DNA of 38,316 bases, taken from a virus (lineage: Duplodnaviria > Caudoviricetes). How positions within the stretch are numbered: the stretch's first letter is position 1; each line of letters starts with the position of its first letter. A program made the position numbers and the translations under genes. A model generated the notes under the pieces. The model was not told the DNA's origin. It saw only the letters and a list, made by a program, of their open reading frames with translations, and did no database searches. The stretch covers positions 1-38,316 of IMG/VR virus record IMGVR_UViG_3300031949_000101. One strand, 5' to 3'. This document shows positions 33,870 to 38,316 of this stretch, one piece after another.

Positions 33870-34580
33870 TTAGTACGCTACTGCCCCTCTATGCCTTTGT
33901 GGCAATTGTGAAAATCCCACGGGAGGGTACAAAAAAGGCAAGGCCGCCGCCGCCGCCACAAATGCTGTCGCCACATGACTGTACGGATTTGATCCTGTCC
34001 AAGTCCACGACATCACGCCGCCCGCGGAGCCTGCTTGAGTCGAAGAGAGCCCGGTCACATACCCGGATGCTATTTCAATATCCCAACGTTCAGTTTGATC
34101 GGCACCCACAGTGCCTGCGTGACTAGTGCTATCTATGGCCAACGAGTCGAAGACGAGGTCATCAGTACCGACACCGGCGACCGTGTTACTAACACTTGTC
34201 CCGGTGGCAGTGCTCTCGGCAACAGCGCGCAAGGGAGTCGTCTGATCGACGCCGTTAGCGACATAGACGCCAGTGACCCATTTGTCCGCAGCGCTCATGG
34301 TGACAACAACATTTCCCGTCGCCACATCCGGAGCGATCCTTTGCCATACTTCGCTGAAAGACCATGTGCCATTAGATATCTCATCGTGGAAGGTGAGGGC
34401 ATCGCCATTGAACGTGATGGAGGAGACGCTTATCCCACCCGCGCCGTTGCCTTCTGCTCCTACACACACCGCCATGCAAGTGTCCGTCCCTGCCGCTACC
34501 GTGGCGGCAAAAGTCACAGATGTAACTTCCGTGCCTCCAGTGCTGTTCGTGACGGGTGCGCCTTGGAGTGTCGCTGGCAT
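33870..34580 (-). CDS. Thr/Ser/Gly-rich beta-sandwich virion or receptor-binding protein
   Basis: SVTF...V.AG.D....V.V, GVDQTTP; two internal half-repeats. Confidence 0.65.
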   Translation of the reverse strand: MPATLQGAPVTNSTGGTEVTSVTFAATVAAGTDTCMAVCVGAEGNGAGGISVSSITFNGDALTFHDEISNGTWSFSEVWQRIAPDVATGNVVVTMSAADKWVTGVYVANGVDQTTPLRAVAESTATGTSVSNTVAGVGTDDLVFDSLAIDSTSHAGTVGADQTERWDIEIASGYVTGLSSTQAGSAGGVMSWTWTGSNPYSHVATAFVAAAAALPFLYPPVGFSQLPQRHRGAVAY

Positions 34581-35002
34581 TAGTCAGTCACCGTGCAGAT
34601 GCCATTGAGGACAGTAACCTTCTCTGGAAGGTTGGCCTTGGCAATAGTGAATCGTGCGAGGTCGGTCAACGATCCCGTGATGCGTTCGATTGGAACGCCT
34701 ATCTTTGGTTCTCCATCGCCAGTACGAATCGTCACGACGCCAGACCACGCCTCCGTTATGTCTCCGGGTTCAAGGTTACCGGTCGGGGTGTCGAACGTCC
34801 AGGCTTCGTAGGCATGCAGCCATACAGCGAGGGCGTCGCCCGTCCGGTTTGGCGGTGGACCGGCATTTTTCCCTGCCAGTGCACGGTACTCTTGTTCGGT
34901 CAGCGCGTGCTCCTGCTCCCCTCCGCCAGCGAGACGCCAGCGGGCCATGAATTTGTTATTCGGGAGTTTAGACGCGCGCCGTAATGCATAGATGTTTGCC
35001 AT
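34580..35002 (-). CDS. Hypothetical protein
   Basis: AAGGAG RBS; TAATG overlap. Confidence 0.7.
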   Translation of the reverse strand: MANIYALRRASKLPNNKFMARWRLAGGGEQEHALTEQEYRALAGKNAGPPPNRTGDALAVWLHAYEAWTFDTPTGNLEPGDITEAWSGVVTIRTGDGEPKIGVPIERITGSLTDLARFTIAKANLPEKVTVLNGICTVTD

Positions 35003-35022
35003 ACTGGCTCCTTATTGCGTTA

Positions 35023-36336
35023 TTACCACACCCTCTCAAATTCAGCAGGTAAGTGAGGGTGTGGTAGTCGCCCACGCCTATGTCCGCCTACTTCTTCCCG
35101 TCCATAGTTCCGGTCAGCAAACACGATATTGCTGAGTTTCTTTAGGAAGCTCACCCCGCGCTCAAACCGCTTTTCATAATGCGTGCTAATGGTGCTCTGC
35201 TGCCCTTCGCCTTTGCGGCCCAGCGCCCGGGAAAGGACAAAGTACCTGATGTACTTGCGTAATCCTGGAGGAACAAGCGTCGCGGCTTCCGCCTCTTTGA
35301 GTTGCCTGGCTGGGATGATCACTTGCACCATAGCCAAGCTCCCAACCGTGCTCTTGTAGTCCCGAGGCGCTCCAAGGAATTGAACGACACCGTCTGCTAG
35401 TGCTTGCGGTGCATACTGCCGGGAGGGAGACAGTATGCGCCGGGCCACGCCCACTGCGCTCACATGAGCGGGTGGGCCGCCAGCCGCCTCAAAATCCGTT
35501 TCCCACCAGAATGTTCCTACGCTTTCCCCGTCGGCGAATGTACTTCCTCCGTCGATAACGCTCCGTTCCCAACCCCACAGACCCACTGCGTCGGTCGAAC
35601 GCGTACCCAGCAAGCTGACCCGCCATCCAAGACCCGCGAGCATTCCACTGTCACCTCCGGACGTGTAGGCGTAGGCGTTGCGCGTGACTGCCGTTGCCAT
35701 ACTATAAGTCCGGTCGCCAGTAAAATGACGAGGCAGACCCTGAAAACCCCTCTGCTCGTACTGCTGCGCGTACGTAGTTTCGACCGCGAAGAGTTCAACA
35801 CTGTGGTCCCTCCCTACGCCACTGAGCCAATAGAGAGGCTCCCCGTCATCTTGCCACCATTTTTGCTGCTGTAGGTCCAGCTCCCGCTCGCTGATACCGT
35901 ACAGGGCCTTATCGTCCCACTGTACCCGTACGATACGGTCATGCTGCCGCGACAGGGCAAAACGAAAATGCGCATCAATCTCCCCGCTGTATGCCCGCTC
36001 CCAAAGCTGAGTAGGCGTATCGCCACTGGCGTTTACCGTCTCAAGCCCAGCTAGGGTCTCCACTTCCCACGTATAGCAGCACGTATGGGTAACAAACGGC
36101 CGGGTGAACCGGCGATGAAGACCGGGACAATGGCGGTCTTCCCATTCTTGAGCGAAAGACCAGCCCACACGCCCAGGGACGTCCGCGATGAAAATGCGCC
36201 GCACGGCCTGCGAGTCGGCCAGCATGCGCACGTATCCGTCGTTGTACCAGCGCAACAGTTCACTGCGCGGCCACAATTCCCCGCTATCGTGCAGATAGCT
36301 CTGCACCATGTCGATCTCATCCTTGACCGTGCGCAC
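35023..36336 (-). CDS. Second, extended head-tail adaptor-like protein
   Basis: VQSYLHD...W.RSELLRWYNDG, ELD....W....GEP..W and VP....YIRYFVL, plus insertions. Confidence 0.6.
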   Translation of the reverse strand: MRTVKDEIDMVQSYLHDSGELWPRSELLRWYNDGYVRMLADSQAVRRIFIADVPGRVGWSFAQEWEDRHCPGLHRRFTRPFVTHTCCYTWEVETLAGLETVNASGDTPTQLWERAYSGEIDAHFRFALSRQHDRIVRVQWDDKALYGISERELDLQQQKWWQDDGEPLYWLSGVGRDHSVELFAVETTYAQQYEQRGFQGLPRHFTGDRTYSMATAVTRNAYAYTSGGDSGMLAGLGWRVSLLGTRSTDAVGLWGWERSVIDGGSTFADGESVGTFWWETDFEAAGGPPAHVSAVGVARRILSPSRQYAPQALADGVVQFLGAPRDYKSTVGSLAMVQVIIPARQLKEAEAATLVPPGLRKYIRYFVLSRALGRKGEGQQSTISTHYEKRFERGVSFLKKLSNIVFADRNYGREEVGGHRRGRLPHPHLPAEFERVW

Positions 36337-36338
36337 GG

Positions 36339-37913
36339 CTACCCCCCACCGAACAAGAGACGCAGTAGGGCCATTAGCATCTCGTTACCGCCCTGCTGCT
36401 GGCCGCCCTGCTGGCCGCCTTGCCAAGCGTCGAAGGGATTGTTGCTGTAGGGAGGCATCCAGTTCGTCTGCCCACCGCCGCCGTATGGGGGCATCCCACC
36501 TGGGGAGCTGCCTCCGCCACCGAAGTTCCCCATGCCTGGAGGCATCCAGTTCGTCTGCCCACCGCCTTGAAACAAGTTCGCCAGCGATGACAGCCAATCC
36601 ATCTGGCCGCCCTGCAAGGCGTCGAATCCACCGCCTTGTGGAGGCATCCAGTTCGTCTGGCCACCGCCGCTGTATGGAGGCATCCCACCTGGGGAGCTGC
36701 CTCCGCCACCGAAGTTCCCCATGCCCATGGGCCGTGCGTTCCTCATCCTCTCTGGAGTCCAGTAGCCCGGATCACCGCCACCACCGCCAGTCGTGACTCC
36801 GCCGCCCAGATTCCAGTCATCCTGTCCTTGCTTCGGAGGTCCCTGAAGATACCCGCCTTGTGGGGGCATCCCACCTGGGGAGCTACCGCCACCGAAGTTC
36901 CCCATGCCCATGGGCCGTGCGTTCCTCATCCTCTCTGGAGTCCAGTAGCCCGGATCACCGCCACCACCGCCAGTCGTGACTCCGCCGCCCAGATTCCAGT
37001 CATCCTGTCCTTGCTTCGGAGGTCCCTGAAGATACCCGCCTTGTGGGGGCATCCCACCTGGGGAGCTACCGCCACCGCCGAAGCGTCCCATACCTGGAGG
37101 CATCCAGTTCGTCTGCCCACCGCCGCCGCCAGGGCTGCCAGGAACGCTGTAGCCTGAGCCGCCGCCGGGACCCACTGGGACTCCTCCGGGAGGGCTTACG
37201 CCGCCACCCCCGCGTCCCATGCCCATGGGCCATGCGTTCCGCATCCTATCCCGTGTCCAGTAGTTCGGGTCGCCGCCGCCTGGGCCGGTAGTGACTCCAC
37301 CGCTTCGTCCGCCACCAATGGTCCCACCACCACCTAGTCCACCGCCGCCAACTGGGGGTCTGCCACCTGGGGAGCTACCGCCACCGCCGAAGCGTCCCAT
37401 ACCTGGAGGCGTCCAGTTCGTCTTACCACCATCTGGAGCGCGCTGCGCGCTGATGTTGCTTTGGAGCTGGCCACCGCTCTGGTCGCGGGGGTTGCCACCA
37501 GTGGGGCTCCGTAGCCGCTCGTTCTGGGGTCGCTGGTCCCACGGCACCTTTGGGCGCACTTGTTTCAAGGCGTCGGCCATCGGTGCCTTTGTCGGCGTCT
37601 GGGGCGACGGATTTGGACCTTTATAGGCCCCATATCCTCCCCCTATTCTCCAGTTATAGTAGTCCTCCCCCCATTGCCTTTTCATCTCTGCCACCCGCCG
37701 CGCTTTTGCCTCCGGGGTGCGCCATCCGCCGGGTGCGTAGTCAGCAGCATTTTTTATGCGCGCCCGCTCTCGCTGGGCCATGCGTGCCTTATAATTAGCA
37801 GACCCGGGGCTCCAATCGCGCATTGGGTCGTTCGGGTCAACTTTGCCCGTGCCCATGGCCGCTGCTATCTGTGCAGGCGTACGTTCGATTTTTCTGAATA
37901 TTTTTCTCGCCAT
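36339..37913 (-). CDS. 524-aa Gly/Pro/Gln/Met-rich low-complexity protein
   Basis: ORF track; GAGG RBS; modular repeats TNWMPP, GGSSPGGMPP, YWTxxRMRNAxP. Confidence 0.85.
   Translation of the reverse strand: MARKIFRKIERTPAQIAAAMGTGKVDPNDPMRDWSPGSANYKARMAQRERARIKNAADYAPGGWRTPEAKARRVAEMKRQWGEDYYNWRIGGGYGAYKGPNPSPQTPTKAPMADALKQVRPKVPWDQRPQNERLRSPTGGNPRDQSGGQLQSNISAQRAPDGGKTNWTPPGMGRFGGGGSSPGGRPPVGGGGLGGGGTIGGGRSGGVTTGPGGGDPNYWTRDRMRNAWPMGMGRGGGGVSPPGGVPVGPGGGSGYSVPGSPGGGGGQTNWMPPGMGRFGGGGSSPGGMPPQGGYLQGPPKQGQDDWNLGGGVTTGGGGGDPGYWTPERMRNARPMGMGNFGGGSSPGGMPPQGGYLQGPPKQGQDDWNLGGGVTTGGGGGDPGYWTPERMRNARPMGMGNFGGGGSSPGGMPPYSGGGQTNWMPPQGGGFDALQGGQMDWLSSLANLFQGGGQTNWMPPGMGNFGGGGSSPGGMPPYGGGGQTNWMPPYSNNPFDAWQGGQQGGQQQGGNEMLMALLRLLFGGG
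36680..37075. repeat. 183-bp (61 aa) near-perfect tandem duplication
   Basis: ccctgaagat at 36841 and 37024. Confidence 0.9.
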
Positions 37914-37922
37914 ATTGTCCCT

Positions 37923-38316
37923 CTAAGCTAGGCCGAAAAGCCGCATCATGAGATTGAGTGCGGGCAGAGCATCGCCGCCGCCGCCACCCATCAGGAAGTT
38001 ACCGCCGCCGGTGCCAACGCCCATGGGCCGCGCGTTCCGCATCCTATCCCGTGTCCAGTAGTTCGGGTTACCGCCGATGCCGCCGAATCTAGGGCCACCC
38101 GTCAGGAAGTTACCCCCTCCTCCTCCTGGGAGGCCACCGCCGCCATATCCTGGGGGGCCACCGCCACCGAAGCCGCCGCCGCCGAAACCACCCCCTCCTC
38201 CTCCTCCTGGGAGGCCGCCGCCGCCATATCCTGGGGGGCCACCGCCACCGAAGCCGCCGCCGCCGAAACCACCCCCTCCTCCTCCTCCTGGGAGGCCGCC
38301 GCCGCCATATCCTGGG
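37923..38316 (-). CDS. Gly-rich protein, C-terminal part (continuation of 1-535)
   Basis: ...PPGYGGGGLP...NPNYWTRDRMRNARPMG...DALPALNLMMRLFGLA, stop TAG at 37925-37923. Confidence 0.85.
   Translation of the reverse strand, partial: PGYGGGGLPGGGGGGGFGGGGFGGGGPPGYGGGGLPGGGGGGGFGGGGFGGGGPPGYGGGGLPGGGGGNFLTGGPRFGGIGGNPNYWTRDRMRNARPMGVGTGGGNFLMGGGGGDALPALNLMMRLFGLA
38115..38316. repeat. 81-bp coding tandem repeat, right end
   Basis: gaagccgcc at 38169 and 38250. Confidence 0.92.

Larger units (their letters stand above)
1..38316. mobile_element. Near-complete podovirus-like tailed phage genome, apparently circular and opened inside a tandem repeat
   Basis: Full packaging/head/short-tail/ejection gene set in canonical order that continues across the window ends. 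One ORF runs off position 1 and resumes at 38316. No host housekeeping genes and no tape measure or sheath. Confidence 0.93.

Noticed and set aside
38102-38308. 68-aa MAAAASQEEEEG repeat ORF
   Set aside because: Alternate frame of the Gly-rich gene's tandem repeat.
36339-38316. CRISPR array or other non-coding repeat array
   Set aside because: Repeats are in-frame coding units without unique spacers; no cas genes.
1-38316. Alternative genetic code, tRNA or rRNA genes
   Set aside because: Genes are full length and tightly packed under the standard code using all three stops; no RNA gene was recognisable by eye.

Overview
The window looks like an essentially complete, circularly permuted genome of a short-tailed (podovirus-like) dsDNA phage. 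Both ends fall inside the same 81-bp tandem repeat of one Gly-rich gene. One long minus-strand late operon starts near 13.7-14.5 kb, wraps through the window ends and stops at 21842. Its order is terS-like, split terminase large subunit, portal, scaffold, major capsid, cement protein, glycosyltransferase, methyltransferase, adaptor, two Gly-rich proteins, second adaptor, small virion proteins, nozzle, tail fibre, GNAT, three ejection-type proteins and a second fibre. A DUF3987-type replication gene with a likely iteron origin lies at 14.5-16.3 kb. A plus-strand early region (16.3-21.8 kb) encodes a CHC2 Zn finger, HTH, Rad52/Mgm101-like annealing protein and Hjc-like resolvase. I see no integrase, repressor, ParA/ParB, prohead protease or recognisable endolysin. 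Most notable: (1) a non-coding cluster with a perfect chromosomal-type parS, a dif-like XerCD site and IHF-like sites; (2) a shared prepilin-like leader on capsid and scaffold; (3) TerL split into two genes by a Zn-finger ORF paralogous to an early gene; (4) prion-like Gly-rich proteins with repeated YWTxxRMRNARP motifs. All family calls come from motif recognition by eye, not database searches.
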